DNA from: Myxococcales bacterium
Lineage (GTDB): Bacteria > Myxococcota_A > UBA9160 > SMWR01
Assembly: GCA_029863845.1 (NCBI GenBank)
Contig: JAOTUO010000003.1
Location: 1-34,357 of the forward strand
Length of the DNA stretch: 34,357 nt
Direction of reading: 5' to 3'
Made by a program: the position numbers and the translations under genes. The notes beneath the pieces were generated by a model. It was not told the DNA's origin. It did not search any database and saw only the letters and a list, made by a program, of their open reading frames with translations. Shown piece by piece: positions 9,250 to 17,555 of this stretch (within the stretch, counting starts at the first letter, position 1; each line of letters starts with the position of its first letter).

Positions 9250-10077
9250 CTAGCTCATCTCGGTCCCGCCGGCGACGTTGAGCGCGACGCCCGTCACGTT
9301 GTCGGCGCGCGCGAGGTAGAGCGCCGCCTCCGCGATGTCGTCGGGAGTCTGCTCCCGACCCAGCGGCGTATTCTGGCGCACGTACTCCTCGAACGCCTCG
9401 CGCCCGGCGGGCTTGCCGACGAGCCCGCTGATCCCGACGGAGAGGTGATCGATCCACATCGCCGTCGCCAGCAGACCCGGGCAGATGGCGTTCACGCGGA
9501 TCGACGCCCCGCCGAGCTCCTGGGCCATCACCTGGGTGAGGCCGATCACGGCGAACTTCGAGGCGCAGTAGGCGCCGAGGCCCGCATAGCCGCGCTTCCC
9601 GGCAATGGAGGAGATGTTGACGATCGCGCCGCCCCCGCCTTCGCGAAGGGCGGGGATCGCGGCGCGGGACCCGAGGAAGACCCCCTTCACGTTGACGGCG
9701 AAGAGCCGATCCCAGTCCTTTTCGTCGTAGCTCTCGATCGCGCCCATCTGGACGAGGCCGGCGTTGTTCACGAGGACGTCGAGTCCGCCGAAGCGCTCCC
9801 GCGCCGCATCCACCAGGTTCCGGCAGGAGTCGGCGTCGCTGACGTCCGCCTCCACGGCGAGGGCCGCTCCGCCCCGGCTGCGAATGCCGTCCGCGACCAT
9901 CTGGAGGTCGTCCTTGGACGCGAGTCGGTACGACCAGGCCCCGGAGGCCCCCGCCGCCAACGATCCCAGGTCGGCGACGACCACGCGCGCGCCCTCGCGG
10001 CCGAACGCCTCGGCGATGCCCCGACCGATACCCCGCGCCGCGCCCGTCACGATGACGGTTCGATCCTTCAGCTCCAT
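9250..10077 (-). CDS. Short-chain dehydrogenase/reductase (SDR)
   Basis: TGAARGIG, LVNNAG, catalytic YCASK, VNAICPG. SD AGGAGG upstream. Confidence 0.93.
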   Translation of the reverse strand: MELKDRTVIVTGAARGIGRGIAEAFGREGARVVVADLGSLAAGASGAWSYRLASKDDLQMVADGIRSRGGAALAVEADVSDADSCRNLVDAARERFGGLDVLVNNAGLVQMGAIESYDEKDWDRLFAVNVKGVFLGSRAAIPALREGGGGAIVNISSIAGKRGYAGLGAYCASKFAVIGLTQVMAQELGGASIRVNAICPGLLATAMWIDHLSVGISGLVGKPAGREAFEEYVRQNTPLGREQTPDDIAEAALYLARADNVTGVALNVAGGTEMS

Positions 10078-10149
10078 GGATGCCTCCTGATGATTGCCCC
10101 CATCCTACACCGAGACGGTGATCTCCGGCGGGGCCTCCGCCGCCGCCGC

Positions 10150-11655
10150 TCAGCGTTCGCGAGCCTCCGCGAGGCGCTGCGCGATCCGGGTGGCCATCGC
10201 CATGATCGTGACCTGCGGGTTCACGCGGGTCGAGGTCGGAAACACGCTCGCGTCCGCGACCCACACTCCCGACGCGCCGTACAGGCGGCCCGTCGGGTCG
10301 ACGGCGGACCGCGCCGGGTCGCTCCCCATGCGGGCGGTGCCCATGGGATGGAACGCCATCAGGTCGAGGTCGGAGGCGCGGACCGCGAGGTGCTCGAGCG
10401 CCTCGGCCTCTGCCATCGAGCGCAGCACGGGCCGCTGGCGGACGCCGGGATGGACCTCGCGGGCGCCGGCGGCGAAGAACACCCGCGCCACGATCGCGAT
10501 GCCGCGCAGCAGACGCCGCGCGTCGTCGCGGTTCATCCGGTACCAGGCCAGCGGGCGGCCGCCCAGCGAGAGGACGCGCCCGCTGGAGGTGTCGCTGATG
10601 AGCGCGCCGAACGAGGCGAGGCGATCGTAAGCGGCCATGCGTTCCTTGTGCACACGCCCGACCCCGGGGACGGCCGGCGCCTGCAGCTCCGGCGGCAGCC
10701 ACATCCCCTGCAGGAAGATGCCCTCCGACTCGAACTCGTGGATGTGGTAGCTCTGGGGAACGCCGGCCCAGGCGCGCACCGGCTCGTCGAAGCGGGCGAG
10801 CACGCGGGTCGCGGGATGGATGCGCAGATGGCGGCCGACGGCGGATCTGCGCCGGGCGAGGCCGCTGCGCGCCAGGAGGACCGGGGTGAGCAGCGCGCCG
10901 GCTGCGACGACGACGCGGGGTGCGCGCACCTCGAACGTCCCCGCCGCTCGCCCGCGCGCGTCGCGTCGCGTCGCGAGCACGCCGCGCACGCGCCGCCCGT
11001 CCATGGCGATCCGATCGACGCGGCAGCGGGCGTAGAGACGCGCGCCGGCGGCTCGCGCCCGCGGCACGTAGGAGACGTTCGTCGACTGCTTGGCGTCGCG
11101 CGGGCACCCGAAGATGCAGACCCCGGTCCCGCGGCAGCCGACCGCGTTGCGCGGGATCGCCTCGCCGCGCAGGCCCAGCGCCTCGGCGCCCCGCCGGATC
11201 CGCTCGTCCCCGGGCCCCCGCAGCGACTCGGGAACCGGAGCGACGCCGATCGCGCTCTCGACGCGTTCGTACTCGACCGCCAGACCCCGATCCACGAGAT
11301 CCGGGATCCCGAACTCGCGCTCCCAGCGGGACAGCACCTCCTGCGGAGCCCGCCAACAGGTTCCCGAGTTGATGACCGTCGTGCCGCCGACGGCGCAGCC
11401 GAGCGGAATCGGGATGTAGGTGTTGCCGATCGTGCCCGTGAGGCCCCGCTGGCGGTAGAGCCGGCGCACCTGCGCGAGGGCGTCCGCCGTGAAGTCGCGA
11501 CGGCCGACGTCTTCGCCCTCCTCGAGCAGCACGACGTCGAGGCCGGCCTCCGCCAGCTCCGCGGCAACGACGGCGCCCCCGGCTCCGGTCCCCACGACCA
11601 CCACCTCCGCGCTATCGCGGAGGATCTCCGGGTCGCGCGCTGCGCTCGCGGTCAC
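10150..11655 (-). CDS. GMC family FAD oxidoreductase
   Basis: VVVVGTGAGG, LLEEG, GCAVGGTTVINSG, RNAVGCRGTGVCIFGCP, HPMGTARMG, VADASVFPT..VNPQVTIMA. GTG at 11655 overlaps the upstream stop (GTGA). Confidence 0.92.
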   Translation of the reverse strand: MTASAARDPEILRDSAEVVVVGTGAGGAVVAAELAEAGLDVVLLEEGEDVGRRDFTADALAQVRRLYRQRGLTGTIGNTYIPIPLGCAVGGTTVINSGTCWRAPQEVLSRWEREFGIPDLVDRGLAVEYERVESAIGVAPVPESLRGPGDERIRRGAEALGLRGEAIPRNAVGCRGTGVCIFGCPRDAKQSTNVSYVPRARAAGARLYARCRVDRIAMDGRRVRGVLATRRDARGRAAGTFEVRAPRVVVAAGALLTPVLLARSGLARRRSAVGRHLRIHPATRVLARFDEPVRAWAGVPQSYHIHEFESEGIFLQGMWLPPELQAPAVPGVGRVHKERMAAYDRLASFGALISDTSSGRVLSLGGRPLAWYRMNRDDARRLLRGIAIVARVFFAAGAREVHPGVRQRPVLRSMAEAEALEHLAVRASDLDLMAFHPMGTARMGSDPARSAVDPTGRLYGASGVWVADASVFPTSTRVNPQVTIMAMATRIAQRLAEARER

Positions 11656-12074
11656 GGCGTCTCTCGCGGCGCCGGCAGGTCGTCGATCGGCACCCGGGCC
11701 AGTGGGTGCGGATAGCCGAGCCGGGCGTGGATCTCGGGCTGCCCGTAGAACTGCGAGAGGACGATCATCTTGAGCGCGTGCAGTGCCTGCCGCCGGGGCC
11801 AGAACCGCGACGCCTCCCACGCCGCCAGTACCCGCTCGCGTTTCTCGAGCGGGAGCCGCGAGAAGCGCCGCCGCCCGAGACGCGGCAGGAGCAGCGGATA
11901 CAGCTCGATCCCGTAGAGCAGCAACCGGAAGGCCGTGCCGGCGCCGGCGCCGCGAACGAACTCCTCGACCCGCTCCGCCAGCGGAAACGTCGGCGCTCCC
12001 TCCGGAAACGCGCCTCCCTCCGGAACCAGCGTCTCGAGCACGGCGTCGAGCACGCGGCGCCCCCCCCCGCTCAT
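11652..12074 (-). CDS. Small GMC-associated protein (gluconate 2-dehydrogenase subunit 3-like)
   Basis: 140 aa from MSGGGRRVLDAVLETLVP. RRFSRLPLEKRERVLAAWEAS and FYGQPEIHARLGY are typical of GMC partner subunits. Overlaps both neighbours by 4 nt. Confidence 0.7.
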   Translation of the reverse strand: MSGGGRRVLDAVLETLVPEGGAFPEGAPTFPLAERVEEFVRGAGAGTAFRLLLYGIELYPLLLPRLGRRRFSRLPLEKRERVLAAWEASRFWPRRQALHALKMIVLSQFYGQPEIHARLGYPHPLARVPIDDLPAPRETP

Positions 12075-13072
12075 CGCGCCGCCTCGCTGCTCGGGCCCGC
12101 TCGGCCGTCGAGCGGCCCCGAGAGCCAGTGCAGCACGTTGAGCAGCAACCGGGGGTTCTGGGCGGCCGCGGGTGCGTTCATCCCGACCGGCTCGCCCTCC
12201 GCGCTGGTCTGGACGCCGAAGAGCCCCGCCTCCGCGAACACCGCGACGCGCCCGCGGCCGAAGGTCAGCGCCGCCCCCTGGAGCCAGCCGGCTGCGGAGC
12301 CGCGCGGCGTGTCGGGCCGGAAGTCCCAGGCCACGTTCGGGAACAGCGAGACCGCCGTGGAACCGAAGACGAGCAGTGGCGCCGCGTCCTTCCCGCTGCG
12401 AAAGGCGTGCCCCCCGAAGGTCGCGACCGCGTCGACTCGCTCGTCCGCGCCGCGGCCGTCCGTGACGGGATGGGAGGCGATCCCGCCGTCCGCGCGGCGA
12501 AACACCGTCACCTGCGAGACCGCTGCGGCGGCATCGCCGACGGAGCGCTCGACCTCCTCGTCGATGACGAAGCCGTTGTCGAAGCCGACGCCGAAAACCG
12601 CCGCGAGGGCGGCGGCCGCTCCCGCGAAGGGCATGTGGTCGGCGGCGAGCAGCAGGCCGCCGCCGTCGTCGACCCAGTCCCGAACGGCGCCGATCTCGTC
12701 GGGGGTGAAGGCCGACGGCGTGGGGAGCGACCAGTCGGTCGCCATCGGGGGCGGCTTCACGCGGTTGCGCTCGTGGAGCGCGTTGACAACCACGAGGATG
12801 CGCGCGGGCGCCAGGGAAGTGCGGGAGAAGGGTGCGGTCGAGGACTGAACGCGGTAGCCGTCGAGTCGCGCGATCTTCGCGAGTGGCCGGTAGCGCTGCT
12901 CCAGCGTGTGGGTGTTGAAGTGGGCGGCGTCGACCAGGATCAGCGGCCCGCCGTAGTAGGGGAAGCTGGGCTCCGCGATCGGCGGCGGGAACCACACCTC
13001 CTCGGGGGCCGGACCGGCGTCGCAGGCCAGCCACAAGACACCCAGGAGGGCGAGGCGAACGGCCGACTTCAT
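12071..13072 (-). CDS. Putative lipoprotein, DUF4350/class I glutamine amidotransferase-like fold
   Basis: MKSAVRLALLGVLWLAC lipobox; ILVDAAHFNTHT, AFTPDEIGAVRDWVDDGGGLLLAADHMPF, GRGRVAVFAEAGLF, NVLHWL. Confidence 0.7.
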   Translation of the reverse strand: MKSAVRLALLGVLWLACDAGPAPEEVWFPPPIAEPSFPYYGGPLILVDAAHFNTHTLEQRYRPLAKIARLDGYRVQSSTAPFSRTSLAPARILVVVNALHERNRVKPPPMATDWSLPTPSAFTPDEIGAVRDWVDDGGGLLLAADHMPFAGAAAALAAVFGVGFDNGFVIDEEVERSVGDAAAAVSQVTVFRRADGGIASHPVTDGRGADERVDAVATFGGHAFRSGKDAAPLLVFGSTAVSLFPNVAWDFRPDTPRGSAAGWLQGAALTFGRGRVAVFAEAGLFGVQTSAEGEPVGMNAPAAAQNPRLLLNVLHWLSGPLDGRAGPSSEAAR

Positions 13073-13155
13073 GTGCCGATGCGCCCCCTCTCGTGAGCCG
13101 GCCCGAACCTCGCCGGAGCGAGGACGATAGCGCGCGCTACCGTGTGCAGGGCGAC

Positions 13156-14439
13156 ATGGACCCCAGCGACGATTCGTTACCGCTTCTCGAAGAGCCGGCG
13201 CGCCGCACACCCGTCCGGTACGAGACCGAGGTGCTGGTGGTGGGAGGTGGATCGGCAGGGGTCGCCGCGGCCGTCGCGGCCGCGCGCAACGGCGCCGACG
13301 TCCTGCTCGTCGAGCGGTACGGCTACCTCGGGGGGCTGGCCACCGGCGGACTCATCATCCTCCTGCTCACGCTGGACGACGGTCGCGGCCGTCAGGTCGT
13401 GGGCGGCCTCTGCCAGGAGGTGACCGACCGCCTGGCGCGCCGCGGGGAGGCCTACTTTCCGCCGCGCGCGGAGTGGGGAAGCAGCGACGAGGAGCGGGTT
13501 CGGCGCGACTTCCGCTGGGGTCTGCTGTGGGGACACGGGCCACACCGGGTGCGCTACTCCGTCGCCTTCGACCCCGAGGGCATGAAGTTTGCGCTGAGCG
13601 AGATGCTGGAGGAATCGGCGGCGAGGCTGCTCTTCCACGCCTGGGCCTGCGATGCGATCGTCGAGGACGGCCGCCTGGCGGGGGTGACCTTTCAGGGGAA
13701 GTCGGGGCGCTTCGCCGTGCGCGCCCGGGCGGTGATCGACGCGACGGGCGACGGCGATGTCTTTGCGGGCGCCGGCTGCGGCCACGAGCGCGAGGATGTC
13801 CTGCCCTGGCTCTGGTTCACGATGGGCGGCGTGGACGACGTGAGCGCGGCAATCGACGCCGGCGCCGGCTGCTTCCGCGCGATCGGCGAGGGCAAGGTCT
13901 TGTTTCCCTGGGGTGCCACCGACAAGGTCTCGCGCCGGATCGACGCCACCTCGCCCGAGGACCTCACCTACGCGGAGATCGAATGCCGCAAGCGCGTGAT
14001 GGCGGAGGTCGAGCGCGTGCGCCGCGAGCTTCCCGGCTTCTCGAAGGCGCACCTGTGCCGGATCGCCGATCAGCTGGGCATCACCGAGAGCCGGCGCCTG
14101 CACGGGCGCCGCGTGCTGGGGCGGCAGGACATGGACCGTGCGCTCGACGACGCCGTGGCGGTGACCGGTCACTGGACCCGGTACGGCGCGGTCTACCACA
14201 TTCCCTACGGCTGCCTGCTGGCGAAAGAGCTGCCGAACCTGCTGGTGGCGGGCCGCTGCATTTCGGTGGATCACCGCGTGCACCACGCCACCAAGGAGAT
14301 CCCCGCCTGCATGGCGACCGGCGAGGCGGCGGGGACCGCTGCAGCGCTCGCGGTTCGGGCGGGCATCGACCCCGCCGACCTCGACGTGCGCGGACTGCGC
14401 GCGCGGCTCGAGGAGAAGGGGGCGATCGTGGTGCTCTAG
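13156..14439 (+). CDS. FAD-dependent oxidoreductase
   Basis: VLVVGGGSAGVAAAVAAARNG, VERYGYLGGLATGG, IDATGDGDV, ESRRL, YHIPYGCL, NLLVAGRCIS, MATGEAAGTAAAL. Alternative GTG start at 13093. Confidence 0.9.
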   Translation: MDPSDDSLPLLEEPARRTPVRYETEVLVVGGGSAGVAAAVAAARNGADVLLVERYGYLGGLATGGLIILLLTLDDGRGRQVVGGLCQEVTDRLARRGEAYFPPRAEWGSSDEERVRRDFRWGLLWGHGPHRVRYSVAFDPEGMKFALSEMLEESAARLLFHAWACDAIVEDGRLAGVTFQGKSGRFAVRARAVIDATGDGDVFAGAGCGHEREDVLPWLWFTMGGVDDVSAAIDAGAGCFRAIGEGKVLFPWGATDKVSRRIDATSPEDLTYAEIECRKRVMAEVERVRRELPGFSKAHLCRIADQLGITESRRLHGRRVLGRQDMDRALDDAVAVTGHWTRYGAVYHIPYGCLLAKELPNLLVAGRCISVDHRVHHATKEIPACMATGEAAGTAAALAVRAGIDPADLDVRGLRARLEEKGAIVVL

Positions 14440-14453
14440 GGGGGCGGCTGCGC

Positions 14454-15251
14454 ATGCAGTACGCTCTCTGCGTGCTCACCGGGGGTCGCATCGACACGTT
14501 TCTGCGCACCGCCGTTGCGCTGCTCGTGCTTCCGGCGGCGGTGGTCTTCTACAGCGCCGTCGTCCTGGTGATCGCCCTCGCCGGCGCCTCGACGGCGACC
14601 CAGCATGGGTTCTTCGTCTCCTTCGCCCGGACCTGCCTCCGGGTCGGAGGCACGCGGCTCGAGGTGCGCGGCGTCGAGCACGTCGAGAAGGGCCGGCCCT
14701 GCGTCGTCGTCTCGAACCACGCGAGCGATTGGGATCCGGTCTGCATTCTCGCCGCGTTGCCAAGCTTGTTCATCCGCTTCGTCGCCAAGCAGCAGATCAT
14801 GCGCATCCCGATCTTCGGGCATGCGCTGCGGCTCTCGGGAAACCTGCGGGTGGTGCGGACGCGGACGGCGGCGGACGTGGACCGCATCCGCGAGGGGATG
14901 GACCGGCGCGTCCCGGACGTCTCCATGCTCTTCTTCGCCGAAGGCACCCGCTCGCGCGACGGAAGCCTGCTGCCGTTCAAGATGGGGGCGTTTGCCGCCG
15001 CCCTCGCGTTCGGCCTCCCGGTCCTGCCGGTCGCGCACGCGGGCACCGACGCGATCTGGCCCAAGGGCCGGCTGCGTCTGCGGCGCGGGGTCGTGGCCGT
15101 CGAGGTGGGGGAGCCGATTCCGACCGACGGGCTCGGGTTCGAGGATCGCGCGGCCCTTCGCGACCGGACCCGCGCGGCGGTGGCGGTCCTGCGGTCGCGC
15201 GCGGGTCGGCGCCTGCGCGAGCAGGGCTGCGACCCCGGAGGGTTCGACTGA
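14454..15251 (+). CDS. plsC: 1-acyl-sn-glycerol-3-phosphate (lysophospholipid) acyltransferase
   Basis: NHASDWD (HX4D), FVAK, FFAEGTRS, PFKMGAF; N-terminal TM segment. Confidence 0.85.
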   Translation: MQYALCVLTGGRIDTFLRTAVALLVLPAAVVFYSAVVLVIALAGASTATQHGFFVSFARTCLRVGGTRLEVRGVEHVEKGRPCVVVSNHASDWDPVCILAALPSLFIRFVAKQQIMRIPIFGHALRLSGNLRVVRTRTAADVDRIREGMDRRVPDVSMLFFAEGTRSRDGSLLPFKMGAFAAALAFGLPVLPVAHAGTDAIWPKGRLRLRRGVVAVEVGEPIPTDGLGFEDRAALRDRTRAAVAVLRSRAGRRLREQGCDPGGFD

Positions 15252-15418
15252 GCGTCCTGGCACGCCGACTCCACCTCGGCCGGGCCGCGCCGTGGCGCGC
15301 GGCGCTGGCGGCGCCGGCGCTGCTGCTCGCCTGTGGCGATCCGAACACCTCGTCGCTCGGCTTTGCTGCGTCCGGGGCCCCTGCCCCCCGCGGTGCGTAC
15401 CAGGCCGAGCGCCGGCGC

Positions 15419-16033
15419 ATGGTCACGCATCAGATCGAGGCGCGCGGTGTTGCGGATGAGCGCGTTCTGGCGGCCATGCGCAAGGTGCCGCGCCACGAGT
15501 TCGTGCCGCCGAGCCGGCGCGAGTCGGCGTACGAGGATCGGCCCCTTCCCATCGGGAGCAGTCAGACGATCAGCCAACCGTACGTCGTGGCCGTGATGAC
15601 GGAGCTGGCAAAGGTCGACGCGAAGTCGCGCGTCCTCGAGGTCGGGACGGGCTCGGGCTATCAGGCGGCGGTGCTGGCCGAGCTGGTGGCGGAGGTCTAC
15701 ACGATCGAGATCATCGAGTCGCTTGCGACCGGGGCCGCACGGACCCTCGAGCACCTCGGCTACGGGTCGGTCCGAGTGCGACACGGCGACGGCTACCGCG
15801 GCTGGCCCGAGGCGGCTCCCTTCGACGCGATCCTCGTGACGGCTGCGGCGCCGATCGTTCCACCGGCGCTCCTGGAGCAGCTGGTGGTCGGCGGCCGCCT
15901 CGTGATTCCGGTGGGCGACGGCATCCAGCAGCTCGAGGTCCACACGCGAACGTCGACCGGCAGCCGCGTCGAACGCGTGTTCCCCGTCCGCTTCGTCCCC
16001 ATGACGGGCGAGGTGCGCCAGTCGCCGCGCTGA
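15419..16033 (+). CDS. pcm: Protein-L-isoaspartate(D-aspartate) O-methyltransferase
   Basis: VPRHEFV, AYEDRPLPIG, QTISQPY, VLEVGTGSGYQAAVLAEL, GDGYRGWPEAAPFDAILVTAA, VRFVPM. May start upstream at CTG 15248 (see findings). Confidence 0.93.
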   Translation: MVTHQIEARGVADERVLAAMRKVPRHEFVPPSRRESAYEDRPLPIGSSQTISQPYVVAVMTELAKVDAKSRVLEVGTGSGYQAAVLAELVAEVYTIEIIESLATGAARTLEHLGYGSVRVRHGDGYRGWPEAAPFDAILVTAAAPIVPPALLEQLVVGGRLVIPVGDGIQQLEVHTRTSTGSRVERVFPVRFVPMTGEVRQSPR

Positions 16034-16259
16034 GCGCTGCCCAGCACGCGTCGGCGCGGATCGGGCGCCGGGTTTCACGCGGCGGGGGAGGGGGCGCGTC
16101 CGGCCGCAGCCGGACGCGGGCTCGAGCCGTCAACCTCCCACCCCCCAGCAACGATCCGGGCGGTTGTCCCTCGAGAGCCTGACTATGCCAGAGCCCCCGG
16201 AGCTGTGGAGTGATGCGGATCACCAACGCAACGGCCGCGCCGCGCCGGGAAGGTCCCGG

Positions 16260-16295
16260 TTGACAGCGCACTTTATTTCGACAATACTGTCGAAA
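16260..16295 (+). promoter_or_regulatory. Sigma70-type promoter overlapped by a palindromic operator (likely TetR site)
   Basis: TTGACA at 16260-16265, 17-nt spacer, AATACT at 16283-16288. Perfect inverted repeat TTTCGACA-ATAC-TGTCGAAA at 16276-16295 covers the -10. AT-rich island in GC-rich DNA. Confidence 0.8.
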
Positions 16296-16317
16296 ACGAC
16301 GGGCCCGGAGAGGAAGG

Positions 16318-16899
16318 ATGCCCAAGCTCGTGGACGCCGCCGCACAGCGGCGGGAGATCCGGCGCGCCGCCCAGCGCGTGTTCGCGCGCTGTGGCGTTGC
16401 GGGCACCGGCCTGGCCCACGTGGCCGACGCGGCGGGCATGGGCCGCTCGAGCCTGTACCACTACTACCCCGACAAGCAAGCGCTGCTTCGCGACCTGGTG
16501 CGCGACCTCCTCGCCGAAGAGGAGCGCCTCTTCGACGCGGCGATCGACGGCGAAGGGAGTGCGCTCGCGCGCATCGATCGGCTCACCGCGCAGCTCGCGG
16601 GCGTCTTCGACGGGTGGGCGACGGCGGGCCGCCTGCTCACCGAGCTGCGCACGCAGTGGGCGGGCCTGTTCCGGCCCTTCTTCCGCCGCGCGCGCCGCCG
16701 CCTGGCCGAGCTCGTCGCGGAGGGGCAGCGCGCCGGAGAGATCGACGCCACCCTCGATCCCGGGCTCGCCGCCGCCGTCGCCATCGGCGCCGTCGACGGG
16801 CTGCTGCTGCAGGTGCTCGTCGACCCGCGCGCCTTCGGCGATTCCGGAGCTCTGAGCGACGCGCTGGTGCGGGTGGTGCACAAGGCGCTCGCCCCGTGA
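16318..16899 (+). CDS. TetR/AcrR family transcriptional regulator
   Basis: MPKLVDAAAQRREIRRAAQRVFARCG...VADAAGMGRSSLYHYYPDKQAL HTH; C-terminal EGQRAGEID. SD GGAGAGGAAGG. Confidence 0.93.
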   Translation: MPKLVDAAAQRREIRRAAQRVFARCGVAGTGLAHVADAAGMGRSSLYHYYPDKQALLRDLVRDLLAEEERLFDAAIDGEGSALARIDRLTAQLAGVFDGWATAGRLLTELRTQWAGLFRPFFRRARRRLAELVAEGQRAGEIDATLDPGLAAAVAIGAVDGLLLQVLVDPRAFGDSGALSDALVRVVHKALAP

Positions 16900-17555
16900 G
16901 TTCGCTGGCCCTCATGCGCTGGCTCGAGTCCGCGCCCCACCGCTACGACGCGGGCATGCGCTGGCTGACGCTGGGGCGGGTTTCCCGCGTGCACGCGGCC
17001 GTCGCCGAGGCCGCGGCGGCGAAGCCCGAAGTCCGGATCCTGGAGATCGGCTGCGGAACCGGTGCGATCACCGCCCTCCTCGTCGAGCGGGGCGCGCGCG
17101 TCACGGCGCTCGACCAGAACCCGGAGATGCTCGAGCAGGCTCGCGCCCGCCTCGCGGCCGCGCCGCCCGGGGCGGTCACCTGGATCGAGCGCACGGCGTC
17201 CGAGATCGACGCGCTGCCCGCCGCGGGCTTCGACGCGGCCGTCGCCGGCCTGTGTCTGTCGGAGATGTCCGCCGGCGAGCGCGCGTTCGTGCTGCGCGAG
17301 CTGGCCCTCCGCCTGCGTCCGGGGGGAGCGCTCGTGGCGGCGGACGAGGTCCAACCGCGCTCCACCGGGCAGCGGCTGCTGCACGCGCTGCTGCGCGGGC
17401 CCCAGGCCGCCCTGGCCTGGTTGATCGCGGGCTCCACCTCGCACCCGATCCGCGATCTCGCCGGGGAGGTCGCCGCCGCGGGCTTCGAGGTCCGGAGCGA
17501 GCGGCGCTGGCTGCTCGGTCGTCTGGCGGTCGTCGTTGCGGAGCGCCCGCGATGA
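16896..17555 (+). CDS. Class I SAM-dependent methyltransferase (UbiE/MenG-like N-terminus; corrinoid-protein-associated)
   Basis: ESAPHRYDAGMRWLTLG, ILEIGCGTG motif I, ALDQNPEML, LRPGGALVAADE. GTGA overlap with tetR and ATGA overlap with the next gene. Confidence 0.88.
   Translation: MSSLALMRWLESAPHRYDAGMRWLTLGRVSRVHAAVAEAAAAKPEVRILEIGCGTGAITALLVERGARVTALDQNPEMLEQARARLAAAPPGAVTWIERTASEIDALPAAGFDAAVAGLCLSEMSAGERAFVLRELALRLRPGGALVAADEVQPRSTGQRLLHALLRGPQAALAWLIAGSTSHPIRDLAGEVAAAGFEVRSERRWLLGRLAVVVAERPR

Noticed and set aside
16150-16260. Possible cobalamin riboswitch upstream of the corrinoid operon (GCCCCCGGAGCTGT and CCGGGAAGG resemble B12-element fragments)
   Set aside because: The GCCACTG and AGYCAGRAGACC elements are missing and the segment lies upstream of the predicted promoter. 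An Rfam cobalamin covariance search would settle it.
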